Assembly (NCBI GenBank): GCA_937894705.1
Contig: CALAXP010000025.1
Location: 14,962 to 78,961 of the forward strand
DNA length: 64,000 nt
Source of the DNA: an uncultured Lachnospiraceae bacterium
GTDB taxonomy: Bacteria > Bacillota > Clostridia > Lachnospirales > Lachnospiraceae
Direction of reading: 5' to 3'
This document shows positions 1 through 8,944 of the stretch, piece after piece. The stretch's first letter is position 1, and the number at the start of each line of letters is the position of its first letter. The notes under the pieces are model-generated. The model searched no databases. It worked only from the letters and a program-made list of their open reading frames with translations, and had not been told where the DNA came from. The translations under genes and the position numbers were made by a program.

Positions 1-498
1 CTGAAAATAGAAGTGGAAGAGGATAAACCATTTCACAGTGCAGTGAATGATGCATACTATACCGGACTTGTGCTGAAAGCAATGTCTCCAAAAGATCTGG
101 CAGACCGGTATTGTTACGATATCTATAATAACCCGAAAGATAAAAAAGATGAGATTATCTCTCATCACAAGCATTATTTAGAACATATCTCCAGAGAATA
201 CCATTGCAAGGAGGAAGCCATCTCAGATATAGAACTGATGGCTCCTATCTGTTATCGCTGTGGTAAGAAATTAGCACCAAAGGTAAAATGGTTTGCAAAT
301 ACACCGAACTCCTATACCTGTATTGGAAAATGCTGGCACCATGGATTGGTGAGCGGCAAGATTCGATTCAAACAATCGAGAAACAATAATATATTTGTCA
401 TTAAAACGATGCTTCCAACCGATAAAAAAGGTCTGGAAGCAATGAAAGAGCGACAGGACGAACTTCGGATAAGACGTCAGACAAAGCGTCATAACTAA
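1..498 (+). CDS. 3'-5' exonuclease (DEDDh) domain protein, C-terminal part; 5' end lies outside the window
   Basis: Frame open from base 1; FHSAVNDAYYT resembles the ExoIII H-x-A-x-x-D-A motif; CxxC...CxxH tail. Confidence 0.65.
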   Translation: MKIEVEEDKPFHSAVNDAYYTGLVLKAMSPKDLADRYCYDIYNNPKDKKDEIISHHKHYLEHISREYHCKEEAISDIELMAPICYRCGKKLAPKVKWFANTPNSYTCIGKCWHHGLVSGKIRFKQSRNNNIFVIKTMLPTDKKGLEAMKERQDELRIRRQTKRHN

Positions 499-531
499 AA
501 CAACCCCTTGGCTGATCAAAATATAAGGTAA
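498..531. repeat. Left att junction: host arm AAACAACCCCTTGGCTGATC + core AAAAT + element end ATAAGGTAA
   Basis: Inverted copy of 5873-5906 (19/20 in the host arm, 9/9 in the element end). Confidence 0.85.
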
Positions 532-574
532 ATAGTATAATAAATCTATTGTAAGCCTTATATTTATTGGACTC

Positions 575-613
575 TAGTTTGATTACATATAATCAAACTT
601 TATAATCAAACTA
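575..613. repeat. Subterminal TAGTTTGATTA(C/T)A repeats, 3 copies (putative arm-type recombinase sites)
   Basis: 575-587 forward; 588-599 and 601-613 reverse; 601-613 is the exact reverse complement of 5854-5866. Confidence 0.7.
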
Positions 614-654
614 AAATAGCTGACAAAGTAGAGTATTCTACTGTCAGCTATTTT
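613..654. terminator. Bidirectional intrinsic terminator inside the left end of the element
   Basis: AAAATAGCTGACA...TGTCAGCTATTTT, 13-bp stem with A and T tails. Confidence 0.75.
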
Positions 655-849
655 GTTATTGTTCATTTAACATTTCTTCGCAAACCATAGAAATAAATAG
701 ACCTCGTTGAATCATTTCATTTAAATGTTTATGCGATAAATCTGCACCATTACGCATAAGTTCGGATATTTCGGCTGACAAAGCATCTGCTTGCTCTTGT
801 ATGTAAAGTATTTGATTTTTTTCTTTACTGGTTATAGATTCATTCCTCT

Positions 850-1500
850 TTATATCTCATCAAGTATCTTTTTTATTGCAGTGACATACCCAGCTTTATA
901 TACTGGATATCCTTTTTCTTTAACTCTGCCTTGCTCATCAGTAGTCCAACCTCGTTCTTTGAAAAACTTGTCTGAAACAGCATCCTTTAATGCCTCAATT
1001 TCCGTTTCTGTCAAGTCATCTATAGCCGGAACAACAACTACATCATTATTAGCTAACGAATTGCTCTTCTGATTTCGCATATCTACGGTAATGCAAGTTT
1101 GATTTTTAAGTAGATTATTCTCATTTTTAAGCTTTCTATTTTCTGCCATAATCATACCAACCAAAGCTTTTACGGTTGGCTCGGAAATCTGTGAAAGTAT
1201 TTCGTCGTTTATGGTGGTTGTAGTTTGTTTTTTAGGCTTTTTTGTCGTTGTATTGGAATACTCAGCCCAATTGTTGATAAGGAGTCTGTACGGCTCTGCA
1301 TTCTTGTTTCGTAAAGCCTGTTCACTTAATCCACCTTTATCAGACATAAGAGCAGCAATAGTGCCTAATGAGAAGTCTTTCACTTCTGCCTCCGATTGCT
1401 TTTTGCATACTTCATGAACAAGCGCAAGTGTTTTCTTCTTCCTAGTTGAAGCATTTTCGCATAACTGATTATATAAATCGTCTGGTTGAATATTACTCAT
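850..1500 (-). CDS. gmtX: Gamma-mobile-trio protein GmtX-like (accessory protein, coiled coil)
   Basis: 216 aa, third gene of the trio; DFSLGTI..GGLSEQALRNK segment and a C-terminal GW...GRV...GY pattern recalled as typical of the family. Confidence 0.75.
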   Translation of the reverse strand: MSNIQPDDLYNQLCENASTRKKKTLALVHEVCKKQSEAEVKDFSLGTIAALMSDKGGLSEQALRNKNAEPYRLLINNWAEYSNTTTKKPKKQTTTTINDEILSQISEPTVKALVGMIMAENRKLKNENNLLKNQTCITVDMRNQKSNSLANNDVVVVPAIDDLTETEIEALKDAVSDKFFKERGWTTDEQGRVKEKGYPVYKAGYVTAIKKILDEI

Positions 1501-1518
1501 TTTGTTACCTCTTTAAAC

Positions 1519-4248
1519 TTAACGTACAGAATTATCGGTAAGGAGTGCGTTGTGAGAAGCACATTCTATTCCTTTTAGTTCTTCTGTAAATTCATTGTAG
1601 ATTCCTATTTCTTCAAGTTTCTTTCTGCCGATTGCATAAGGAATAGCCTTCTTAAGACTTCCGGCTCTTTGAATAAGTAGTCTCATAAACTGATTTCCTG
1701 CAAGTAGCTGTTCGTCCTCAGATAACGAAAACATTACAGGTTGTTTTTGATTGAACATTAGGGTGAGGTCGATTATCTGTGATCTTTTAAGTAATGCCTT
1801 GCTTGCGTCTGTTTCAGGGAACAATTCAGCTCCGTTACATATTGATTGAAGCTGATACATTTCATCTGCTTCGGATTCAAGTAAAAGCCCTACGTCTTGA
1901 ACAGTTCCAACAGGTACAAGCTGTGCTTTGTTAGAAGTATCATTATCAACGTTCTTTGAAATCTTTTGACATTTATCAATAAGTCTTAAGGTAGCATTCA
2001 TATTGTTGGCTATATCATCACCCTTTTGAAGTTCTGCTTGCAAAAGCTGTTCATACTTTAACAATTCTTCATACTGTTCAAATATTCCACCACATTGTTC
2101 AGCATCATATTTTCTGTTTTCAAGTAATTCTGTCTCTGATTGAAATTTAGTTATTCTTTTAGCCGTTTCAGCCATATCATAGCTTAATACATTAAAGTGA
2201 TTGACTAATCCTGGTAAGAAAGCAGGTCCAGTAATAAACCACCTGCAACGAACGCAGTTATGAGCAGGATAGCCCTGAACAACACCATAAGTTACTTTAT
2301 CAGTATCATCATTAACGTATGTACCGCCTGTATTACATCCAAAACAACCTTTAGGACAGATTCCCTTATCAGACATGACAATGCTTGCTTTTGACTTCTG
2401 AGCATTTAATACGGCATCATAAGCCGCCATATCATTAACAGCAGTACCACTTTCTAACTGTTTATACTTTGCACCTTTAATAAACCGGTCAAATGATTCC
2501 TGTTCTTGTTTCAAAATCTCGGTATCTGCTTTTTTCATGGTATCAGTTACATATGATATTCCCATTTTTGTGTAGTAAAGTGTCATAACAAGTCTAGCAT
2601 GACCTGCAATACACTTTGAAAGTACAGGCATAGGCACACCACCTTCGAGGGCGAATGCTGTGATGAGCGATACTCTAAGAGAGTGCAAAGGATAGTATGT
2701 AGTTTTATCTGAATGTTCATGAACAAATTTTAGATTCTTTTCAGCATCATTAGTGGCTGTATGATTCACTTTTTGTTCCAGACAGTGAAGGAGTTTGTAC
2801 CATAATGGTTTCATCGAATCATTACCTAATGGAAGATGATTGTCTATTTCGGTTGCATTTCTAAAAAGAAATGTTGCATTTCCCATAGCCTTTAGGATCT
2901 TTATATCTTTTACTAAACCAAGCTGTGTAGCTGTTAATTCAGTCCATTTAGTAGGTTGTGAGATAGGATTGTATTTTTGCTGCCAGTCTCTAAGTTTTGC
3001 AAGCCAATACTGCATTTCTTCATACTGCCAAGGCATATTGTAACCCTTATCAGCTTCATTCTTATTGATATCTGCGGTCTTATTGGTGTTAATAAAAAAG
3101 CCCGTCATTTCAAGGTTTGTAGTCGGATCAATAAACTTTCTTAAAACACCTTTTTCACAAGGCTTTCTATCTGTTCCTTGCGACAAAGGAGAGTCATTTT
3201 TAATCCACTCGCCATAATTATGCTTATCAGTCTGAATGTATTTATAAGTATCCATTTCGCCACTATCGAGCATTCTTGCCTGATATGTTCGGATAGGTAA
3301 CATTAACTTTGTCAAAAGACAGATTGTTCTTGCAGGGCACCACATTTCATATACATATTCGCTACAGCCTTTATTTTTGATTTTGTATTGCGATGCTTTT
3401 CTTTTCCTATAAACACAGTCTGGATCATTTTCATCTATAATACTTTTATCAACGATATACCAGTCTCCATTACTTCTTGATGGATCTGTTAATTCCTGTG
3501 CGAGTGTTAAATCTCTAAAACAAGTAGCATCAGACGGAACAAGCATATTACGGAGTTCTTTAATGTAACGGTATGGAAGTACATTTTTATCTGATTCACT
3601 TTTATTATACGTATCTACATGACCTGGTAGATATTGAGTTAATGGGTTGTGGAATTCAGCAGGAATAAGTTTCCTACCATAATCATCTTCGACTGAAAAC
3701 TTTTCTTCAAGAATCCAATCAATAAAAGCTACGAGTTTTTTTGCTTCTTCTAATGCATGCATTTCTGAGGTTCTTTCAGAATAGATAATTTCATAAAAGT
3801 CTGGTGTTTCATAAGTAACGGAAACAAATTCTTGAACAGTGCGTGTTAAATCTTGCCCGATGATGTATTTCTTGAAGAAGTTTGATAATGAATTTAACGC
3901 AGCAGATTTTCCTCGCACAACAGTCTTTATCCACTTCTCTGCATATTCTTTCCATTCTACGAGGTTTGGATCATATGCTAAAAGCCATTCATAACTTTCA
4001 CTAGTAGAAGATCCATGCAAGCGCATTTCAAGTTCTCGTTTTCGTGCTACTTCCCGTAGTTTTTCAAATTTAGCTGTTTCCTTTGGTGCAAGTTCTTTAT
4101 CATCAAATGGACCATTTTCAACAAAGGAACGGAGCCATTTCATTGCTATATTTTTACTAATATTATGTTCTCGTTGGATATCCCCAGAAGATTTCCCATT
4201 ACAGATTTCTTCAATAACGTTATATTTTGTTTTATTATCGTATGCCAT
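1519..4248 (-). CDS. gmtZ: Large tyrosine recombinase, GmtZ / VPA1269-like integrase
   Basis: 909 aa; catalytic set LPIR, NTNKT, PLHSLR, IAGH...MTLYY; Cys motif NCVRCRWFITG. Confidence 0.85.
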   Translation of the reverse strand: MAYDNKTKYNVIEEICNGKSSGDIQREHNISKNIAMKWLRSFVENGPFDDKELAPKETAKFEKLREVARKRELEMRLHGSSTSESYEWLLAYDPNLVEWKEYAEKWIKTVVRGKSAALNSLSNFFKKYIIGQDLTRTVQEFVSVTYETPDFYEIIYSERTSEMHALEEAKKLVAFIDWILEEKFSVEDDYGRKLIPAEFHNPLTQYLPGHVDTYNKSESDKNVLPYRYIKELRNMLVPSDATCFRDLTLAQELTDPSRSNGDWYIVDKSIIDENDPDCVYRKRKASQYKIKNKGCSEYVYEMWCPARTICLLTKLMLPIRTYQARMLDSGEMDTYKYIQTDKHNYGEWIKNDSPLSQGTDRKPCEKGVLRKFIDPTTNLEMTGFFINTNKTADINKNEADKGYNMPWQYEEMQYWLAKLRDWQQKYNPISQPTKWTELTATQLGLVKDIKILKAMGNATFLFRNATEIDNHLPLGNDSMKPLWYKLLHCLEQKVNHTATNDAEKNLKFVHEHSDKTTYYPLHSLRVSLITAFALEGGVPMPVLSKCIAGHARLVMTLYYTKMGISYVTDTMKKADTEILKQEQESFDRFIKGAKYKQLESGTAVNDMAAYDAVLNAQKSKASIVMSDKGICPKGCFGCNTGGTYVNDDTDKVTYGVVQGYPAHNCVRCRWFITGPAFLPGLVNHFNVLSYDMAETAKRITKFQSETELLENRKYDAEQCGGIFEQYEELLKYEQLLQAELQKGDDIANNMNATLRLIDKCQKISKNVDNDTSNKAQLVPVGTVQDVGLLLESEADEMYQLQSICNGAELFPETDASKALLKRSQIIDLTLMFNQKQPVMFSLSEDEQLLAGNQFMRLLIQRAGSLKKAIPYAIGRKKLEEIGIYNEFTEELKGIECASHNALLTDNSVR

Positions 4249-4249
4249 A

Positions 4250-5743
4250 TTACTTCTTCCTCATCATATATTTCTTTGCGAGTTTCTTTTCTTCTTCATA
4301 CCATGAACTTATTTCTGATTTCATAGGTAATGCAATTCCTTTATTTAATGAGTATGTTGCCAAACTTAATGCATTTGTAACCTCTGTGACAGTTGGTTCT
4401 GTATATACATTTTGTGACTCTTCTGATTTATGGTGCATAGCTACTTGTCTGACTTTCTTATCAATGCCTGCATTCTTCATTCTTTGTCCATAAGCATGTC
4501 TGTGACCATGATTAGTAGTGCCGTTAAACTTTGATACTTCTAAACCGACTGACTCACAGGCTTTATTATGAGCTTCTGTTTGAGTCCTTGCTGGCATCAT
4601 TTCCCCAAGGTATCTTGTATCAAATGAAACAAAAGCAAATGGGTGAGTATCTTTCACACCATATCTAATTCGCTGTTGTAGGTATTTTTTCCAAACATAC
4701 ATAAACACATAGCCTGCTTCTTTAGGAAACCAGTATACATTCATATACATATTATCTTCATCATCAAGTCTTGGATTTTTCCATCCTGCAAATCTCTTAT
4801 TGGAGGCAGAGTATTGATTTCGTGGAAGTAATCCATATTTTAGTTTTAGATAAGAAGCCCTGTCAGTTATATACTTTCCAGTATTAGGATTTTTGAAATC
4901 ATGTGGAGCTTTGCCCTCTGATGGGTGATATATTCTTACGACTGCCATATCTGGATCATCTGGATCAGGAATAACATCTTGTATCCATAAATGGAATGGT
5001 TCACTATGTCGAAGTCCTCCATAATGCATAAGTAAAGTGATTGCGATATCTCTCCAGTTGTAGCTATCAATGATATCTAATTCACAGCCTTTGCGTACTT
5101 TCTTGAATCCTTCTCTCAACAACTTTTCTATCTGATCCTCTGGAAATGCCTTTGTACCATTTCTTATCACATAAGGATTTCTGCGACTTATTACATTTCT
5201 TACAGTTTTTGCTGTTTCGGAAATATCATAAATGTCATTCAAATGTCCTAAGAAAGAACGCTCACTTTTGTTTATTAAAGCCATCCATTTAAGACGTTCT
5301 TCATATCTTGTAGCTTCTCTCCAAGGGTTAAGTTGTTCGGTTCCGCAGTTAATATATAACCAATCTGAAAAGTCACTTAATGTAGAAAGAAGTGCATTGG
5401 CTGTCTGCGACTTCTTCGGTAACCAAAATAGACCAGAAGGATCATTTCCTTCTTCGTCAATAGTTCCGGAATACATAGCCTCTGCAAATAGTTCAAAGAA
5501 GTCCTTTGCAGAAGTATAGTTGTTAGGATTTGCATTCATATAATCAAATAACAAACTTACTGATTGGATTAGTTTGTTATGCCAAGTCTTACTCTTATAA
5601 CTATATTTGATTTGATATTTAAGTAATTGTTCAAATATCTTTGATTCACCATCTTGCTCAATCAAAAGAGAAGGCAGTTCTATATATCTAGCTGAGTTAT
5701 CTCTGTATGTCTTTGTATATACTTTTACATAGTTCATAAACAA
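4250..5743 (-). CDS. gmtY: Tyrosine recombinase, GmtY-like
   Basis: 497 aa; GGLRHSE, NHGHRHAYG and MHHKS...NVY give the R/HxxR/H/Y set; start is TTG 5743 or ATG 5737. Confidence 0.85.
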   Translation of the reverse strand: MFMNYVKVYTKTYRDNSARYIELPSLLIEQDGESKIFEQLLKYQIKYSYKSKTWHNKLIQSVSLLFDYMNANPNNYTSAKDFFELFAEAMYSGTIDEEGNDPSGLFWLPKKSQTANALLSTLSDFSDWLYINCGTEQLNPWREATRYEERLKWMALINKSERSFLGHLNDIYDISETAKTVRNVISRRNPYVIRNGTKAFPEDQIEKLLREGFKKVRKGCELDIIDSYNWRDIAITLLMHYGGLRHSEPFHLWIQDVIPDPDDPDMAVVRIYHPSEGKAPHDFKNPNTGKYITDRASYLKLKYGLLPRNQYSASNKRFAGWKNPRLDDEDNMYMNVYWFPKEAGYVFMYVWKKYLQQRIRYGVKDTHPFAFVSFDTRYLGEMMPARTQTEAHNKACESVGLEVSKFNGTTNHGHRHAYGQRMKNAGIDKKVRQVAMHHKSEESQNVYTEPTVTEVTNALSLATYSLNKGIALPMKSEISSWYEEEKKLAKKYMMRKK

Positions 5744-5802
5744 TCGTTCCTTTTTATTATGTTTGATTACTATATTATATATATTACCTTTACCTATATT
5801 AT

Positions 5803-5831
5803 ATTATAACATAAAAAAGGTACTATATCAA
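5803..5831 (-). promoter_or_regulatory. sigma-A promoter of gmtYZX
   Basis: Minus strand TTGATA (5831-5826), 17-nt spacer, TG-n-TATAAT (-10 at 5808-5803). Confidence 0.65.
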
Positions 5832-5848
5832 TTAAATATAGTACCTTT
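5813..5848 (-). terminator. 13-bp hairpin inside the right end of the element (terminator for rsmG and/or operator)
   Basis: AAAGGTACTATAT 5816-5828 / ATATAGTACCTTT 5836-5848; U-tail on the minus strand. Confidence 0.55.
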
Positions 5849-5872
5849 AATAGTAGTTTGATTATAAAATTA

Positions 5873-5906
5873 TTACCTTATATAATGATCAGCCGAGGGG
5901 TTGTTT
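5873..5906. repeat. Right att junction: element end TTACCTTAT + core ATAAT + host arm GATCAGCCGAGGGGTTGTTT (overlaps the rsmG stop)
   Basis: Inverted copy of 498-531. Confidence 0.85.
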
Positions 5907-6611
5907 GCTTGCAGTTCCTGCTTTCCGAGGATATACTTTTGGTGTCTGTTTTTCTTTTCTGATAAATACAAAGCTCCGGCTGATATCCGAATCCGGAAGC
6001 ATGAGTTTTTCTACTTTTTCAATCTTACCACCGAGAATCTGAATTGCTTTTTTTCCCTGTGTGATTTCTTCCTCCACCGTTCCGGTTTTATATGGAATAA
6101 AATATCCACCAGTCTTCACAAATGGAATACAATACTCCGAAAGCACTGCCATATTTGCTACCGCACGTGAAACTACAAAATCATATTTTTCACGCATTGT
6201 CTTATCTCTGGCACCTTCCTCTGCACGTCCATGTAACGCTGATATCTCATTCAGGTTTAACGCTTCAATCACTTCCTGCAGAAATTTAATACGTTTGTTC
6301 AGAGAATCAAACAACGTTACCTGCAGATTTGGAAATGCAATTTTTAACGGAATACCCGGAAAACCTGCACCCGTTCCAACGTCAATAATCTTATATGGTT
6401 TTTCCCACAGCTTCACATATCCGGCAAGTGCAAGACTGTCAATAAAATGCTTAAGGATTACTTCTTCCCTCTCTGTGATAGCAGTCAGATTCATCACCTT
6501 GTTTTTCTCAATCAGCATATCGTAATACTGCTCGAACAGTGTAAGCTGTGCATCGGTCAAAAGCACCTGTCCCTCTGTGATTTGTTCTACATATGTTCTA
6601 ACTTTTTCCAT
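5889..6611 (-). CDS. rsmG: 16S rRNA (guanine(527)-N7)-methyltransferase RsmG
   Basis: NLTAI, HFIDS, DVGTGAGFPGIP, SRAVA, YPRKAG motifs; follows mnmG. Confidence 0.97.
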   Translation of the reverse strand: MEKVRTYVEQITEGQVLLTDAQLTLFEQYYDMLIEKNKVMNLTAITEREEVILKHFIDSLALAGYVKLWEKPYKIIDVGTGAGFPGIPLKIAFPNLQVTLFDSLNKRIKFLQEVIEALNLNEISALHGRAEEGARDKTMREKYDFVVSRAVANMAVLSEYCIPFVKTGGYFIPYKTGTVEEEITQGKKAIQILGGKIEKVEKLMLPDSDISRSFVFIRKEKQTPKVYPRKAGTASKQPLG

Positions 6612-6622
6612 TTTTTATATTC

Positions 6623-8581
6623 CTATGCCTGTTTCTTGGTTTCCAGATAAATCATCAACACCGAGACATCTGCCGGTGATACACCAGAGATACGCGATGC
6701 CTGTCCGAGTGAAGTTGGTCGGATATTTGATAACTTCTGCCGCGCTTCTTTTCGAAGATTTGCAACATCGTCATAATTGATATCATCTGGAATCTGTTTT
6801 TTCTCCATCTTCTGGAAATGCTCTACCTGTTGCTTCTGACGACTGATATAACCATCATACTTGATTGCAATATTAATCTGTTCTACCACTTCATCATCTA
6901 AAGTAATATCATCTGTTGTGTCAACACCAAGCAATGTCCGATATGCTTCCTGTCTTCCGGTATCTAATTCTTCCAGTGCTTCATAAGAAAGCTCTGGTCT
7001 TCGTATAAGCTCTGCCAGCGTTGCAGCTGTTCCCAGTGACGAGCTTTCATGCTTTGCCAGAAATTCCTGTACATGCTTATTTGCACCCACGGATATTTCA
7101 TTCATACGCGCAATTTCCGCATCAATCTGTCTGCGCTTCTCACAGAATTTCTCATAACGTGCTTCATCAATCAGACCGATTTCATGTCCGATATCTGTCA
7201 GTCGCAGATCCGCATTATCCTGTCTTAAAAGCAGTCGATACTCTGCACGGCTCGTCATCATACGATATGGTTCCTGTGTTTCCTTCGTTACGAGATCATC
7301 AATCAAAACACCGATATATGCCTGCGAACGATCTAAAATCACAGGTGGTTTATTCTGCATCTTCCGCGCAGCATTGATACCAGCCATGATACCCTGTGCA
7401 GCTGCTTCCTCATATCCAGAGCTGCCATTGATCTGTCCAGCACTGAACAGTCCATCCATATCTTTAAATTCCAGATTTGCCTTCAGGTTTGTCGCATCAA
7501 TACAATCATATTCAATCGCATATGCATTTCGAACGATTGCCACATGCTCTAATCCCGGTACCGTATGAATCATCGCATACTGCACATCCTCCGGCAGGGA
7601 TGAAGACATACCACCCATATACATCTCATTTGTAAATTCACCCTCTGGCTCAATAAACAACTGATGGCGGTCTTTGTCCGGGAACTTCATGACCTTATCC
7701 TCAATAGAAGGACAGTATCTTGGTCCGGTTCCCTCAATAAATCCAGAGAAGAGTGGAGAACGGTCAATATTATCCTTAATTATCTTATGTGTTTCCTCAT
7801 TTGTATAAGTCAGCCAACAGGAAATCTGATCCCGCTTGATATCTTCCTCTTTATTTGTAAATGAAAATGGAATGATATGCTCGTCACCCTTTTGCTCCTG
7901 CATCTTGGAAAAATCAATTGTTTTCTTATCGAGACGTGCAGGCGTACCTGTCTTGAATCTCCGGATAAATATACCTGCATCCCGCATGGAATCAGACAAG
8001 TGATTTGCCGCTGAAAGTCCATTTGGTCCCGTGTAATTCACGACATCACCATAGATACATCGTGCCTTCAGATACGTTCCGGTACACAAAATAACTGCCT
8101 TTGCATGATACACTGCACCCGAATACATACGGACACCACAGATGATTTTCTGATCTTTCATCTCATCGGTAATCTTTGTATCATATAAAAGCTCTGCAAC
8201 CTCTCCCTGACGGAGTGTCAGATGTTCCTGATTCTGAAGTGTGAGCCGCATCTGCTTTGTATATTCGCCCTTATCTGCCTGTGCCCGCAGAGAATGTACG
8301 GCAGGACCTTTCGATACATTCAGCATTTTACTCTGAATATAAGTCTTATCAATATTTTTGCCCATTTCACCGCCTAAGGCGTCAATTTCACGCACCAGAT
8401 GTCCTTTGGAGCTTCCGCCGACATTTGGGTTGCATGGCATCAAGGCAACGCTGTCCATGCTGATTGTAAACAGGATAGTTTCAAGACCAAGTCGCGATGC
8501 AGCTAATGCAGCTTCACAGCCCGCATGACCGGCACCAACGACGATAATATCATATTCTTCCTCTATATATTTTTTCTCCAT
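6623..8581 (-). CDS. mnmG: tRNA uridine-5-carboxymethylaminomethyl synthesis enzyme MnmG (GidA)
   Basis: [40 protein letters not shown]. Confidence 0.98.
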   Translation of the reverse strand: MEKKYIEEEYDIIVVGAGHAGCEAALAASRLGLETILFTISMDSVALMPCNPNVGGSSKGHLVREIDALGGEMGKNIDKTYIQSKMLNVSKGPAVHSLRAQADKGEYTKQMRLTLQNQEHLTLRQGEVAELLYDTKITDEMKDQKIICGVRMYSGAVYHAKAVILCTGTYLKARCIYGDVVNYTGPNGLSAANHLSDSMRDAGIFIRRFKTGTPARLDKKTIDFSKMQEQKGDEHIIPFSFTNKEEDIKRDQISCWLTYTNEETHKIIKDNIDRSPLFSGFIEGTGPRYCPSIEDKVMKFPDKDRHQLFIEPEGEFTNEMYMGGMSSSLPEDVQYAMIHTVPGLEHVAIVRNAYAIEYDCIDATNLKANLEFKDMDGLFSAGQINGSSGYEEAAAQGIMAGINAARKMQNKPPVILDRSQAYIGVLIDDLVTKETQEPYRMMTSRAEYRLLLRQDNADLRLTDIGHEIGLIDEARYEKFCEKRRQIDAEIARMNEISVGANKHVQEFLAKHESSSLGTAATLAELIRRPELSYEALEELDTGRQEAYRTLLGVDTTDDITLDDEVVEQINIAIKYDGYISRQKQQVEHFQKMEKKQIPDDINYDDVANLRKEARQKLSNIRPTSLGQASRISGVSPADVSVLMIYLETKKQA

Positions 8582-8601
8582 AACTTCAAGATTCCTTTTT
8601 C

Positions 8602-8815
8602 TAAACGATTTTCATGATTTACTTTCTTCATAGAAATAATATAAGAATACACAATTCCACGCAGACGCGCTCTCGCTCACTTCCACACGCAGCGGACACT
8701 AAACTCACAGTGATACATCACTGCTCGTTAAGTGCCAGCGTGTTTCAATGGTCTGCGTTTAAATTGGTATATCTTATATTATTTCATATACACTATGAAC
8801 CATGAAAATCGTTTA
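8602..8815. repeat. Long palindromic element A (AT-rich stem, GC-rich branched top) upstream of mnmG
   Basis: Perfect paired blocks 8602-8616/8801-8815, 8633-8646/8772-8785, 8659-8666/8751-8758, 8685-8690/8738-8743, 8708-8714/8717-8723. Confidence 0.8.
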
Positions 8816-8841
8816 TCTACATATTCTACTTTAACTAAATA

Positions 8842-8878
8842 ATTATACCTTGTTGAATAAAAAAAGAAAAGGTATAAT
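8842..8878. promoter_or_regulatory. Putative overlapping divergent promoters for mnmG and mnmE
   Basis: 10-bp IR ATTATACCTT/AAGGTATAAT places a TATAAT on each strand. Confidence 0.55.
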
Positions 8879-8944
8879 AGAGAAAATTGTGATTTTCCCG
8901 TATGTTGGTGCATTCGCATGCGGGTACCTTATGAAAGTATAATT

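Larger units (their letters stand above)
518..5886 (-). mobile_element. Gamma-mobile-trio (GMT)-like integrative element, gmtY-gmtZ-gmtX
   Basis: Three-gene operon with two tyrosine recombinases; visibly more AT-rich than the flanks; ends marked by 9-bp terminal IRs (523-531 ATAAGGTAA / 5873-5881 TTACCTTAT) abutting the two halves of a split host hairpin. Confidence 0.85.

Noticed and set aside
850..5743. Prophage or ICE interpretation of the two integrases
   Set aside because: No structural, replication, relaxase or conjugation genes; the element is closed by its own ends at 5.4 kb.
6160..6175. CACGTGAAAC as a parS site in rsmG
   Set aside because: Only one half matches the 16-bp palindrome, and it encodes the conserved VSRA motif.
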